Source of the DNA: Euprymna scolopes
Lineage: Eukaryota
Strand: one strand, 5' to 3'
NCBI GenBank assembly: GCA_053919585.1
Contig: CM132828.1
DNA: 64,000 bases
Positions 38,501-53,500 of this stretch are shown here, piece by piece. Numbering within the stretch: the stretch's first letter is position 1; every line of letters begins with the position of its first letter. A program made the translations under genes and the position numbers. The notes beneath the pieces are model-generated. The model ran no database searches and had not been told where the DNA came from. It saw only the letters and a program-made list of their open reading frames with translations.

Positions 38501-41500
38501 AATGTGTCACTGTAGTTAGATGAGCATCTTAAATGTTTGTCTGGTGTTTACTTGCGTTTACAACAGGTTTGAATTATTTATGCAAAATTAATATATATTT
38601 CGTTAATGTGTCACTGTAGTTAGATGACCATCTTAAATGTTTGTCTGGTGTTTACTTGCGTTTACAACAGGTTTGAATTATTTATGCAAAATTAATATAT
38701 ATTTCGTTAATGTGTCATTGTAGTTAGATGAGCATCTTAAATGTTTGTCTGGTGTTTACTTGCGTTTACAACAGGTTTGAATTATTTATGCAAAATTAAT
38801 ATATATTTCGTTAATGTGTCACTGTAGTTAGATGACCATCTTAAATGTTTGTATGGTGTTTACTTGCGTTTACAACAGGTTTGAATTATTTATGCAAAAT
38901 TAATATATATTTCGTTAATGTGTCACTGTAGTTAGATGAGCATCTTAAATGTTTGTATGGTGTTTACTTGCGTTTACAACAGGTTTGAATTATTTATGCA
39001 AAATTAATATATATTTCGTTAATGTGTCACTGTAGTTAGATAAGCATCTTAAATGTTTGTCTGGTGTTTACTTGCGTTTACAACAGGTTTGAATTATTTA
39101 TGCAAAATTAATATATATTTCGTTAATGTGTCACTGTAGTTAGATGAGCATCTTAAATGTTTGTATGGTGTTTACTTGCGTTTACAACAGGTTTGAATTA
39201 TTTATGCAAAATTAATATATATTTCGTTAATGTGTCACTGTAGTTAGATGAGCATCTTAAATGTTTGTCTGGTGTTTACTTGCGTTTACAACAGGTTTGA
39301 ATTATTTATGCAAAATTAATATATATTTCGTTAATGTGTCACTGTAGTTAGATGAGCATCTTAAATGTTTGTCTGGTGTTTACTTGCGTTTACAACAGGT
39401 TTGAATTATTTATGCAAAATTAATATATATTTCGTTAATGTGTCATTGTAGTTAGATGAGCATCTTAAATGTTTGTCTGGTGTTTACTTGCGTTTACAAC
39501 AGGTTTGAATTATTTATGCAAAATTAATATATATTTCGTTAATGTGTCATTGTAGTTAGATGAGCATCTTAAATGTTTGTCTGGTGTTTACTTGCGTTTA
39601 CAACAGGTTTGAATTATTTATGCAAAATTAATATATATTTCGTTAATGTGTCACTGTAGTTAGATGAGCATCTTAAATGTTTGTCTGGTGTTTACTTGCG
39701 TTTACAACAGGTTTGAATTATTTATGCAAAATTAATATATATTTCGTTAATGTGTCACTGTAGTTAGATGACAATCTTAAATGTTTGTCTGGTGTTTACT
39801 TGCGTTTACAACAGGTTTGAATTATTTATGCAAAATTAATATATATTTCGTTAATGTGTCACTGTAGTTAGATGAGCATCTTAAATGTTTGTCTGGTGTT
39901 TACTTGCGTTTACAACAGGTTTGAATTATTTATGCAAAATTAATATATATTTCGTTAATGTGTCACTGTAGTTAGATGAGCATCTTAAATGTTTGTCTGG
40001 TGTTTACTTGCGTTTACAACAGGTTTGAATTATTTATGCAAAATTAATATATATTTCGTTAATGTGTCATTGTAGTTAGATGAGCATCTTAAATGTTTGT
40101 CTGGTGTTTACTTGCGTTTACAACAGGTTTGAATTATTTATGCAAAATTAATATATATTTCGTTAATGTGTCACTGTAGTTAGATGAGCATCTTAAATGT
40201 TTGTCTGGTGTTTACTTGCGTTTACAACAGGTTTGAATTATTTATGCAAAATTAATATATATTTCGTTAATGTGTCATTGTAGTTAGATGAGCATCTTAA
40301 ATGTTTGTCTGGTGTTTACTTGCGTTTACAACAGGTTTGAATTATTTATGCAAAATTAATATATATTTCGTTAATGTGTCACTGTAGTTAGATGACAATC
40401 TATAATGTTTGTCTGGTGTTTACTTGCGTTTACAACAGGTTTTAATTATTTATGCAAAATTAATATATATTTCGTTAATGTGTCATTGTAGTTAGATGAG
40501 CATCTTAAATGTTTGTCTGGTGTTTACTTGCGTTTACAACAGGTTTGAATTATTTATGCAAAATTAATATATATTTCGTTTATGTGTCACTGTAGTTAGA
40601 TTAGCATCTTAAATGTTTGTATGGTGTTTACTTGCGTTTACAACAGGTTTGAATTATTTATGCAAAATTAATATATATTTCGTTAATGTGTCATTGTAGT
40701 TAGATGAGCATCTTAAATGTTTGTCTGGTGTTTACTTGCGTTTACAACAGGTTTGAATTATTTATGCAAAATTAATATATATTTCGTTAATGTGTCACTG
40801 TAGTTAGATGAGCATCTTAAATGTTTGTATGGTGTTTACTTGCGTTTACAACAGGTTTGAATTATTTATGTAAAATTAATATATATTTCGTTAATGTGTC
40901 ACTGTAGTTAGATGAGCATCTTAAATGTTTGTCTGGTGTTTACTTGCGTTTACAACAGGTTTGAATTATTTATGCAAAATTAATATATATTTCGTTTATG
41001 TGTCACTGTAGTTAGATGAGCATCTTAAATGTTTGTATGGTGTTTACTTGCGTTTACAACAGGTTTGAATTATTTATGCAAAATTAATATATATTTCGTT
41101 AATGTGTCATTGTAGTTAGATGAGCATCTTAAATGTTTGTCTGGTGTTTACTTGCGTTTACAACAGGTTTGGATTATTTATGCAAAATTTATATATATTT
41201 CGTTAATGTGTCACTGTAGTTAGATGAGCATCTTAAATGTTTGTATGGTGTTTACTTGCGTTTACAACAGGTTTGAATTATTTGTGCAAAATTAATATAT
41301 ATTTCGTTAATGTGTCACTGTAGTTAGATGACCATCTTAAATGTTTGTCTGGTGTTTACTTGCGTTTACAACAGGTTTGAATTATTTATGCAAAATTAAT
41401 ATATATTTCGTTAATGTGTCATTGTAGTTAGATGAGCATCTTAAATGTTTGTCTGGTGTTTACTTGCGTTTACAACAGGTTTGAATTATTTATGCAAAAT

Positions 41501-44500
41501 TAATATATATTTCGTTAATGTGTCACTGTAGTTAGATGAGCATCTTAAATGTTTGTCTGGTGTTTACTTGCGTTTACAACAGGTTTGAATTATTTATGCA
41601 AAATTAATATATATTTCCTTAATGTGTCACTGTAGTTAGATGACAATCTTAAATGTTTGTCTGGTGTTTACTTGCGTTTACAACAGGTTTGAATTATTTA
41701 TGCAAAATTAATATATATTTCGTTAATGTGTCACTGTAGTTAGATGAGCATCTTAAATGTTTGTCTGGTGTTTACTTGCGTTTACAACAGGTTTTAATCA
41801 TTTATGCAAAATTAATATATATTTCGTTAATGTGTCACTGTAGTTAGATGAGCATCTTAAATGTTTGTCTGGTGTTTACTTGCGTTTACAACAGGTTTGA
41901 ATTATTTATGCAAAATTAATATATATTTCGTTAATGTGTCATTGTAGTTAGATGAGCATCTTAAATGTTTGTCTGGTGTTTACTTGCGTTTACAACAGGT
42001 TTGAATTATTTATGCAAAATTAATATATATTTCGTTAATGTGTCACTGTAGTTAGATGAGCATCTTAAATGTTTGTCTGGTGTTTACTTGCGTTTACAAC
42101 AGGTTTGAATTATTTATGCAAAATTAATATATATTTCGTTAATGTGTCATTGTAGTTAGATGAGCATCTTAAATGTTTGTCTGGTGTTTACTTGCGTTTA
42201 CAACAGGTTTGAATTATTTATGCAAAATTAATATATATTTCGTTAATGTGTCACTGTAGTTAGATGACAATCTTAAATGTTTGTCTGGTGTTTACTTGCG
42301 TTTACAACAGGTTTGAATTATTTATGCAAAATTAATATATATTTCGTTAATGTGTCATTGTAGTTAGATGAGCATCTTAAATGTTTGTCTGGTGTTTACT
42401 TGCGTTTACAACAGGTTTGAATTATTTATGCAAAATTAATATATATTTCGTTAATGTGTCACTGTAGTTAGATGAGCATCTTAAATGTTTGTCTGGTGTT
42501 TACTTGCGTTTACAACAGGTTTGAATTATTTATGCAAAATTAATATATATTTCGTTAATGTGTCACTGTAGTTAGATGAGCATCTTAAATGTTTGTCTTG
42601 TGTTTACTTGCGTTTACAACAGGTTTGAATTATTTATGTAAAATTAATATATATTTTGTTAATGTGTCACTGTAGTTAGATGAGCATCTTAAATGTTTGT
42701 CTGGTGTTTACTTGCGTTTACAACAGGTTTGAATTATTTATGCAAAATTAATATATATTTCGTTAATGTGTCACTGTAGTTAGATGACCATCTTAAATGT
42801 TTGTCTGGTGTTTACTTGCGTTTACAACAGGTTTGAATTATTTATGCAAAATTAATATATATTTCGTTAATGTGTCATTGTAGTTAGATGAGCATCTTAA
42901 ATGTTTGTCTGGTGTTTACTTGCGTTTACAACAGGTTTGAATTATTTATGCAAAATTAATATATATTTCCTTAATGTGTCACTGTAGTTAGATGAGCATC
43001 TTTAATGTTTGTATGGTGTTTACTTGCGTTTACAACAGGTTTGAATTATTTATGCAAAATTAATATATATTTCGTTAATGTGTCACTGTAGTTAGATGAG
43101 CATCTTTAATGTTTGTATGGTGTTTACTTGCGTTTACAACAGGTTTGAATTATTTATGCAAAATTAATATATATTTCGTTAATGTGTCACTGTAGTTAGA
43201 TAAGCATCTTAAATGTTTGTCTGGTGTTTACTTGCGTTTACAACAGGTTTGAATTATTTATGCAAAATTAATATATATTTCGTTAATGTGTCACTGTAGT
43301 TAGATGACCATCTTAAATGTTTGTATGGTGTTTACTTGCGTTTACAACAGGTTTGAATTATTTATGCAAAATTAATATATATTTCGTTAATGTGTCACTG
43401 TAGTTAGATGACCATCTTAAATGTTTGTCTGGTGTTTACTTGCGTTTACAACAGGTTTGAATTATTTATGCAAAATTAATATATATTTCGTTAATGTGTC
43501 ACTGTAGTTAGATGAGCATCTTAAATGTTTGTCTGGTGTTTACTTGCGTTTACAACAGGTTTGAATTATTTATGCAAAATTAATATATATTTCGTTAATG
43601 TGTCACTGTAGTTAGATGAGCATCTTAAATGTTTGTCTGGTGTTTACTTGCGTTTACAACAGGTTTGAATTATTTATGCAAAATTAATATATATTTCGTT
43701 AATGTGTCATTGTAGTTAGATGAGCATCTTAAATGTTTGTCTGGTGTTTACTTGCGTTTACAACAGGTTTGAATTATTTATGCAAAATTAATATATATTT
43801 CGTTAATGTGTCACTGTAGTTAGATGAGCATGTTAAATGTTTGTCTGGTGTTGTCTTGCGTTTACAACAGGTTTGAATTTTTTATGCAAAATTAATATAT
43901 ATTTCGTTAATGTGTCACTGTAGTTAGATGACAATCTTAAATGTTTGTCTGGTGTTTACTTGCGTTTACAACAGGTTTGAATTATTTATGCAAAATTAAT
44001 ATATATTTCGTTAATGTGTCACTGTAGTTAGATGAGCATCTTAAATGTTTGTCTGGTGTTTACTTGCGTTTACAACAGGTTTGAATTATTTATGCAAAAT
44101 TAATATATATTTCGTTAATGTGTCACTGTAGTTAGATGAGCATCTTAAATGTTTGTCTGGTGTTTACTTGCATTTACAACAGGTTTGAATTATTTATGCA
44201 AAATTAATATATATTTCGTTAATGTGTCATTGTAGTTAGTATAGCATCTTAAATGTTTGTCTGGTGTTTACTTGCGTTTACAACAGGTTTGAATTATTTA
44301 TGCAAAATTAATATATATTTCGTTAATGTGTCACTGTAGTTAGATGACCATCTTAAATGTTTGTATGGTGTTTACTTGCGTTTACAACAGGTTTGAATTA
44401 TTTATGCAAAATTAATATATATTTCCTTAATGTGTCACTGTAGTTAGATGAGCATCTTAAATGTTTGTATGGTGTTTACTTGCGTTTACAACAGGTTTGA

Positions 44501-47500
44501 ATTATTTATGCAAAATTAATATATATTTCGTTAATGTGTCACTGTAGTTAGATAAGCATCTTAAATGTTTGTCTGGTGTTTACTTGCGTTTACAACAGGT
44601 TTGAATTATTTATGCAAAATTAATATATATTTCGTTAATGTGTCACTGTAGGTAGATGACCATCTTAAATGTTTGTATGGTGTTTACTTGCGTTTACAAC
44701 AGGTTTGAATTATTTATGCAAAATTAATATATATTTCGTTATGTGTCACTGTAGTTAGATGAGCATCTTAAATGTTTGTCTGGTGTTTACTTGCGTTTAC
44801 AACAGGTTTGAATTATTTATGCAAAATTAATATATATTTCGTTAATGTGTCACTGTAGTTAGATGAGCATCTTAAATGTTTGTCTGGTGTTTACTTGCGT
44901 TTACAACAGGTTTGAATTATTTATGCAAAATTAATATATATTTCGTTAATGTGTCACTGTAGTTAGATGACCATCTTAAATGTTTGTATGGTGTTTACTT
45001 GCGTTTACAACAGGTTTGAATTATTTATGCAAAATTAATATATATTTCGTTAATGTGTCACTGTAGTTAGATGACAATCTTAAATGTTTGTCTGGTGTTT
45101 ACTTGCGTTTACAACAGGTTTGAATTATTTATGCAAAATTAATATATATTTCGTTAATGTGTCACTGTAGTTAGATGAGCATCTTAAATGTTTGTATGGT
45201 GTTTACTTGCGTTTACAACAGGTTTGAATTATTTATGTAAAATTAATATATATTTCGTTAATGTGTCACTGTAGTTAGATGAGCATCTTAAATGTTTGTC
45301 TGGTGTTTACTTGCGTTTACAACAGGTTTGAATTATTTATGCAAAATTAATATATATTTCGTTAATGTGTCACTGTAGTTAGATGACCATCTTAAATGTT
45401 TGTCTGGTGTTTACTTGCGTTTACAACAGGTTTGAATTATTTATGCAAAATTAATATATATTTCGTTAATGTGTCATTGTAGTTAGATGAGCATCTTAAA
45501 TGTTTGTCTGGTGTTTACTTGCGTTTACAACAGGTTTGAATTATTTATGCAAAATTAATATATATTTCGTTAATGTGTCACTGTAGTTAGATGACCATCT
45601 TAAATGTTTGTATGGTGTTTACTTGCGTTTACAACAGGTTTGAATTATTTATGCAAAATTAATATATATTTCGTTAATGTGTCACTGTAGTTAGATGAGC
45701 ATCTTAAATGTTTGTATGGTGTTTACTTGCGTTTACAACAGGTTTGAATTATTTATGCAAAATTAATATATATTTCGTTAATGTGTCACTGTAGTTAGAT
45801 AAGCATCTTAAATGTTTGTCTGGTGTTTACTTGCGTTTACAACAGGTTTGAATTATTTATGCAAAATTAATATATATTTCGTTAATGTGTCACTGTAGTT
45901 AGATGACCATCTTAAATGTTTGTATGGTGTTTACTTGCGTTTACAACAGGTTTGAATTATTTATGCAAAATTAATATATATTTCGTTAATGTGTCACTGT
46001 AGTTAGATGAGCATCTTAAATGTTTGTCTGGTGTTTACTTGCGTTTACAACAGGTTTGAATTATTTATGCAAAATTAATATATATTTCGTTAATGTGTCA
46101 CTGTAGTTAGATGAGCATCTTAAATGTTTGTCTGGTGTTTACTTGCGTTTACAACAGGTTTGAATTATTTATGCAAAATTAATATATATTTCGTTAATGT
46201 GTCACTGTAGTTAGATGAGCATCTTAAATGTTTGTCTGGTGTTTACTTGCGTTTACAACAGGTTTGAATTATTTATGCAAAATTAATATATATTTCGTTA
46301 ATGTGTCATTGTAGTTAGATGAGCATCTTAAATGTTTGTCTGGTGTTTACTTGCGTTTACAACAGGTTTGAATTATTTATGCAAAATTAATATATATTTC
46401 GTTAATGTGTCACTGTAGGTAGATGAGCATCTTAAATGTTTGTCTGGTGTTTACTTGCGTTTACAACAGGTTTGAATTATTTATGCAAAATTAATATATA
46501 TTTCGTTAATGTGTCATTGTAGTTAGATGAGCATCTTAAATGTTTGTCTGGTGTTTACTTGCGTTTACAACAGGTTTGAATTATTTATGCAAAATTAATA
46601 TATATTTCGTTAATGTGTCACTGTAGTTAGATGACAATCTTAAATGTTTGTCTGGTGTTTACTTGCGTTTACAACAGGTTTGAATTATTTATGCAAAATT
46701 AATATATATTTCGTTAATGTGTCACTGTAGTTAGATGAGCATCTTAAATGTTTGTCTGGTGTTTACTTGCGTTTACAACAGGTTTGAATTATTTATGCAA
46801 AATTAATATATATTTCGTTAATGTGTCACTGTAGTTAGATGAGCATCTTAAATGTTTGTCTGGTGTTTACTTGCGTTTACAACAGGTTTGAATTATTTAT
46901 GCAAAATTAATATATATTTCGTTAATGTGTCACTGTAGTTAGATGAGCATCTTAAATGTTTGTCTGGTGTTTACTTGCGTTTACAACAGGTTTGAATTAT
47001 TTATGCAAAATTAATATATATTTCGTTAATGTGTCATTGTAGTTAGATGAGCATCTTAAATGTTTGTCTGGTGTTTACTTGCGTTTACAACAGGTTTGAA
47101 TTATTTATGCAAAATTAATATATATTTCGTTAATGTGTCACTGTAGGTAGATGAGCATCTTAAATGTTTGTCTGGTGTTTACTTGCGTTTACAACAGGTT
47201 TGAATTATTTATGCAAAATTAATATATTTCGTTAATGTGTCACTGTAGTTAGATGAGCATCCTAAATGTTTGTCTGGTGTTTACTTGCGTTTACAACAGG
47301 TTTGAATTATTTATGCAAAATTAATATATATATGTCGTTAATGTGTCACTGTAGTTAGATGAGCATCTTAAATGTTTGTCTGGTGTTTACTTGCGTTTAC
47401 AACAGGTTTGAATTATTTATGCAAAATTAATATATATTTCGTTAATGTGTCACTGTAGTTAGATGAGCATATTAAATGTTTGTCTGGTGTTTACTTGCGT

Positions 47501-50500
47501 TTACAACAAGTTTGAATTATTTATGCAAAATTAATATATATTTCGTTAATGTGTCACTGTAGTTAGATGAGCAACTTAAATGTTTGTCTGGTGTTTACTT
47601 GCGTTTAACAACAGGTTTGAATTATTTATGCAAAATTAATATATATTTCGTTAATGTGTCACTGTAGTTAGATGAGCATCTTAAATGTTTGTCTGGTGTT
47701 TACTTGCGTTTACAACAGGTTTGAATTATTTATGCAAAATTAATATATATTTCGTTTATGTGTCACTGTAGTTAGATGAGCATCTTAAATGTTTGTCTGG
47801 TGTTTACTTGCGTTTACAACAGGTTTGAATTATTTATGCAAAATTAATATATATTTCGTTAATGTGTCACTGTAGTAAGATGAGCATCTTAAATGTTTGT
47901 CTGGTGTTTACTTGCGTTTACAACAGGTTTGAATTATTTATGCAAAATTAATATATATTTCGTTAATGTGTCACTGTAGTAAGATGAGCATCTTAAATGT
48001 TTGTCTGGTGTTTACTTGCGTTTACAACAGGTTTGAATTATTTATGCAAAATTAATATATATTTCGTTAATGTGTCACTGTAGTTAGATGACCATCTTAA
48101 ATGTTTGTCTGGTGTTTACTTGCGTTTACAACAGGTTTGAATTATTAATGCAAAATTAATATATATTTCGTTAATGTGTCACTGTAGTTAGATAACCATC
48201 TTAAATGTTTGTCTGGTGTTTACTTGCGTTTACAACAGGTTTGAATTATTTATGCAAAATTAATATATATTTCGTTAATGTGTCACTGTAGTAAGATGAG
48301 CATCTTAAATGTTTGTCTGGTGTTTACTTGCGTTTACAACAGGTTTGAATTATTTATGCAAAATTAATATATATTTTTTTAATGTGTCATTGTAGTTAGA
48401 TGAGCATCTTAAATGTTTGTCTGGTGTTTACTTGCGTTTACAACAGGTTTGAATTATTTATGCAAAATTAATATATATTTCGTTAATGTGTCACTGTAGT
48501 TAGACGACCATCTTAAATGTTTGTCTGGTGTTTACTTGCGTTCACAACAGGTTTGAATTATTTATGCAAAATTAATATATATTTCGTTAATGTGTCACTG
48601 TAGTTAGATGAGCATCTTAAATGTTTGTCTGGTGTTTACTTGCGTTTACAACAGGTTTGAATTATTTATGCAAAATTAATATATATTTCGTTAATGTGTC
48701 ATTGTAGTTAGATGAGCATCTTAAATGTTTGTCTGGTGTTTACTTGCGTTTACAACAGGTTTGAATTATTTATGCAAAATTAATATATATTTCGTTAATG
48801 TGTCACTGTAGTTAGATAACCATCTTAAATGTTTGTCTGGTGTTTACTTGCGTTCACAACAGGTTTGAATTATTTATGCAAAATTAATATATATTTCGTT
48901 AATGTGTCACTGTAGTTAGATGAGCATCTTAAATGTTTGTCTGGTGTTTACTTGCGTTTACAACAGGTTTGAATTATTTATGCAAAATTAATATATATTT
49001 CGTTAATGTGTCATTGTAGTTAGATGAGCATCTTAAATGTTTGTCTGGTGTTTACTTGCGTTTACAACAGGTTTGAATTATTTATGCAAAATTAATATAT
49101 ATTTCGTTAATGTGTCATTGTAGTTAGATGAGCATCTTAAATGTTTGTCTGGTGTTTCCTTGCGTTTACAACAGGTTTGAATTATTAATGCAAAATTAAT
49201 ATATATTTCGTTAATGTGTCACTGTAGTTAGATGAGCATCTTAAATGTTTGTATGGTGTTTACTTGCGTTTACAACAGGTTTGAATTATTTATGCAAAAT
49301 TAATATATATTTCGTTAATGTGTCACTGTAGTTAGATGAGCATCTTAAATGTTTGTATGGTGTTTACTTGCGTTTACAACAGGTTTGAATTATTAATGCA
49401 AAATTAATATATATTTCGTTAATGTGTCACTGTAGTTAGATGAGCATGTTAAATGTTTGTCTGGTGTTTACTTGCATTTACAACAGGTTTGAATTATTTA
49501 TGCAAAATTAATATATATTTCGTTAATGTGTCACTGTAGTTAGATGAGCATCTTAAATGTTTGTCTGGTGTTTACTTGCGTTTACTACAGGTTTGAATTA
49601 TTTATGCAAAATTAATATATATTTCGTTAATGTGTCACTGTAGTTAGATGAGCATCTAAAATGTTTGTCTGGTGTTTACTTGCGTTTACAACAGGTTTGA
49701 ATTATTTATGCAAAATTAATATATATTTCGTTAATGTGTCACTGTAGTTAGATGAGCATCTTAAATGTTTGTCTGGTATTTACTTGGGTTTACAACAGGT
49801 TTGAATTATTTATGCAAAATCAATATATATTTCGTTAATGTGTCACTGTAGTTAGATGAGCATCTTAAATGTTTGTCTGGTGTTTACTTGCGTTTACAAC
49901 AGGTTTGAATTATTTATGCAAAATTAATATATATTTCGTTAATGTGTCACTGTAGTTAGATGAGCATCTTAAATGTTTGTCTGGTGTTTACTTGCGTTTA
50001 CAACAGGTTGGAATTATTTATGCAAAATTAATATATATTTCGTTAATGTGTCATTGTAGTTAGATGAGCATCTTTAATGTTTGTCTGGTGTTTTCTTGCG
50101 TTTACAACAGGTTTGAATTATTTATGCAAAATTAATATATATTTCGTTAATGTGTCACTGTAGTTAGATGAGCATCTTAAATGTTTGTCTGGTGTTTACT
50201 TGCGTTTACAACAGGTTTGAATTATTTATGCAAAATTAATATATATTTCGTTAATGTGTCATTGTAGTTAGATGAGCATCTTAAATGTTTGTCTGGTGTT
50301 TACTTGCGTTTACAACAGGTTTGAATTATTTATGCAAAATTAATATATATTTCGTTAATGTGTCACTGTAGTTAGATGAGCATCTTAAATGTTTGTCTGG
50401 TGTTTACTTGCGTTTACAACAGGTTTGAATTATTTATGCAAAATTAATATATATTTCGTTAATGTGTCACTGTAGTTAGATGAGCATCTTAAATGTTTGT

Positions 50501-53500
50501 CTGGTGTTTACTTGCGTTTACAACAGGTTTGAATTATTTATGCTAAAATTAATATATATTTCGTTAATGTGTCATTGTAGTTAGATGAGCATCTTAAATG
50601 TTTGTCTGGTGTTTACTTGCGTTTACAACAGGTTTGAATTATTTATGTAAAATTAATATATATTTCGTTAATGTGTCACTGTAGTTAGATGAGCATCTTA
50701 AATGTTTGTCTGGTGTTTACTTGCGTTTACAACAGGTTTGAATTATTTATGCAAAATTAATATATATTTCGTTAATGTGTCACTGTAGTTAGATGAGCAT
50801 CTTAAATGTTTGTCTGGTGTTTACTTGCGTTTACAACAGGTTTGAATTATTTATGCAAAATTAATATATATTTCGTTAATGTGTCACTGTAGTTAGATGA
50901 GCATCTTAAATGTTTGTCTGGTGTTTACTTGCGTTTACAACAGGTTTGAATTATTTATGCAAAATTAATATATATTTCGGTTATGTGTCATTGTAGTTAG
51001 ATGAGCATCTTAAATGTTTGTCTGGTGTTTACTTGCGTTTACAACAGGTTAGAATTATTTATGCAAAATTAATATATATTTCGTTAATGTGTCACTGTAG
51101 TTAGATGACAATCTTAAATGTTTGTCTGGTGTTTACTTGCGTTTACAACAGGTTTTAATTATTTATGCAAAATTAATATATATTTCGTTAATGTGTCATT
51201 GTAGTTAGATGAGCATCTTAAATGTTTGTCTGGTGTTTACTTGCGTTTACAACAGGTTTGAATTATTTATGCAAAATTAATATATATTTCGTTAATGTGT
51301 CACTGTAGTTAGATGAGCATCTTAAATGTTTGTATGGTGTTTACTTGCGTTTACAACAGGTTTGAATTATTTATGTAAAATTAATATATATTTCGTTAAT
51401 GTGTCACTGTAGTTAGATGAGCATCTTAAATGTTTGTCTGGTGTTTACTTGCGTTTACAACAGGTTTGAATTATTTATGCAAAATTAATATATATTTCGT
51501 TAATGTGTCACTGTAGTTAGATGAGCATCTTAAATGTTTGTCTTGTGTTTACTTGCGTTTACAACAGGTTTGAATTATTTATGTAAAATTAATATATATT
51601 TCGTTAATGTGTCACTGTAGTTAGATGAGCATCTTAAATGTTTGTCTGGTGTTTACTTGCGTTTACAACAGGTTTGAATTATTTATGCAAAATTAATATA
51701 TATTTCGTTAATGTGTCACTGTAGTTAGATGACCATCTTAAATGTTTGTCTGGTGTTTACTTGCGTTTACAACAGGTTAGAATTATTTATGCAAAATTAA
51801 TATATATTTCGTTAATGTGTCATTGTAGTTAGATGAGCATCTTAAATGTTTGTCTGGTGTTTACTTGCGTTTACAACAGGTTTGAATTATTTATGCAAAA
51901 TTAATATATATTTCGTTAATGTGTCACTGTAGTTAGATGAGCATCTTAAATGTTTGTCTGGTGTTTACTTGCGTTTACAACAGGTTTGAATTATTTATGC
52001 AAAATTAATATATATTTCCTTAATGTGTCACTGTAGTTAGATGAGCATCTTAAATGTTTGTATGGTGTTTACTTGCGTTTACAACAGGTTTGAATTATTT
52101 ATGCAAAATTAATATATATTTCGTTAATGTGTCACTGTAGTTAGATAAGCATCTTAAATGTTTGTCTGGTGTTTACTTGCGTTTACAACAGGTTTGAATT
52201 ATTTATGCAAAATTAATATATATTTCGTTAATGTGTCACTGTAGTTAGATGAGCATCTTAAATGTTTGTCTGGTGTTTACTTGCGTTTACAACAGGTTTG
52301 AATTATTTATGCAAAATTAATATATATTTCGTTAATGTGTCACTGTAGTTAGATGAGCATCTTAAATGTTTGTCTGGTGTTTACTTGCGTTTACAACAGG
52401 TTTGAATTATTTATGCAAAATTAATATATATTTCGTTAATGTGTCACTGTAGTTAGATGAGCATCTTAAATGTTTGTCTGGTGTTTACTTGCGTTTACAA
52501 CAGGTTTGAATTATTTATGCAAAATTAATATATATTTCGTTAATGTGTCACTGTAGTTAGATGAGCATCTTAAATGTTTGTCTGGTGTTTACTTGCGTTT
52601 ACAACAGGTTTGAATTATTTATGCAAAATTAATATATATTTCGTTAATGTGTCATTGTAGTTAGATGAGCATCTTAAATGTTTGTCTGGTGTTTACTTGC
52701 GTTTACAACAGGTTTGAATTATTTATGCAAAATTAATATATATTTCGTTAATGTGTCACTGTAGTTAGATGAGCATGTTAAATGTTTGTCTGGTGTTTAC
52801 TTGCGTTTACAACAGGTTTGAATTATTTATGCAAAATTAATATATATTTCGTTAATGTGTCACTGTAGTTAGATGACAATCTTAAATGTTTGTCTGGTGT
52901 TTACTTGCGTTTACAACAGGTTTGAATTATTTATGCAAAATTAATATATATTTCGTTAATGTGTCACTGTAGTTAGATGAGCATCTTAAATGTTTGTCTG
53001 GTGTTTACTTGCGTTTACAACAGGTTTGAATTATTTATGCAAAATTAATATATATTTCGTTAATGTGTCACTGTAGTTAGATGAGCATCTTAAATGTTTG
53101 TCTGGTGTTTACTTGCGTTTACAACAGGTTTGAATTATTTATGCAAAATTAATATATATTTCGTTAATGTGTCATTGTAGTTAGATGAGCATCTTAAATG
53201 TTTGTCTGGTGTTTACTTGCGTTTACAACAGGTTTGAATTATTTATGCAAAATTAATATATATTTCGTTAATGTGTCACTGTAGTTAGATGACCATCTTA
53301 AATGTTTGTATGGTGTTTACTTGCGTTTACAACAGGTTTGAATTATTTATGCAAAATTAATATATATTTCGTTAATGTGTCACTGTAGTTAGATAACCAT
53401 CTTAAATGTTTGTCTGGTGTTTACTTGCGTTTACAACAGGTTTGAATTATTTATGCAAAATTAATATATATTTCCTTAATGTGTCACTGTAGTTAGATGA

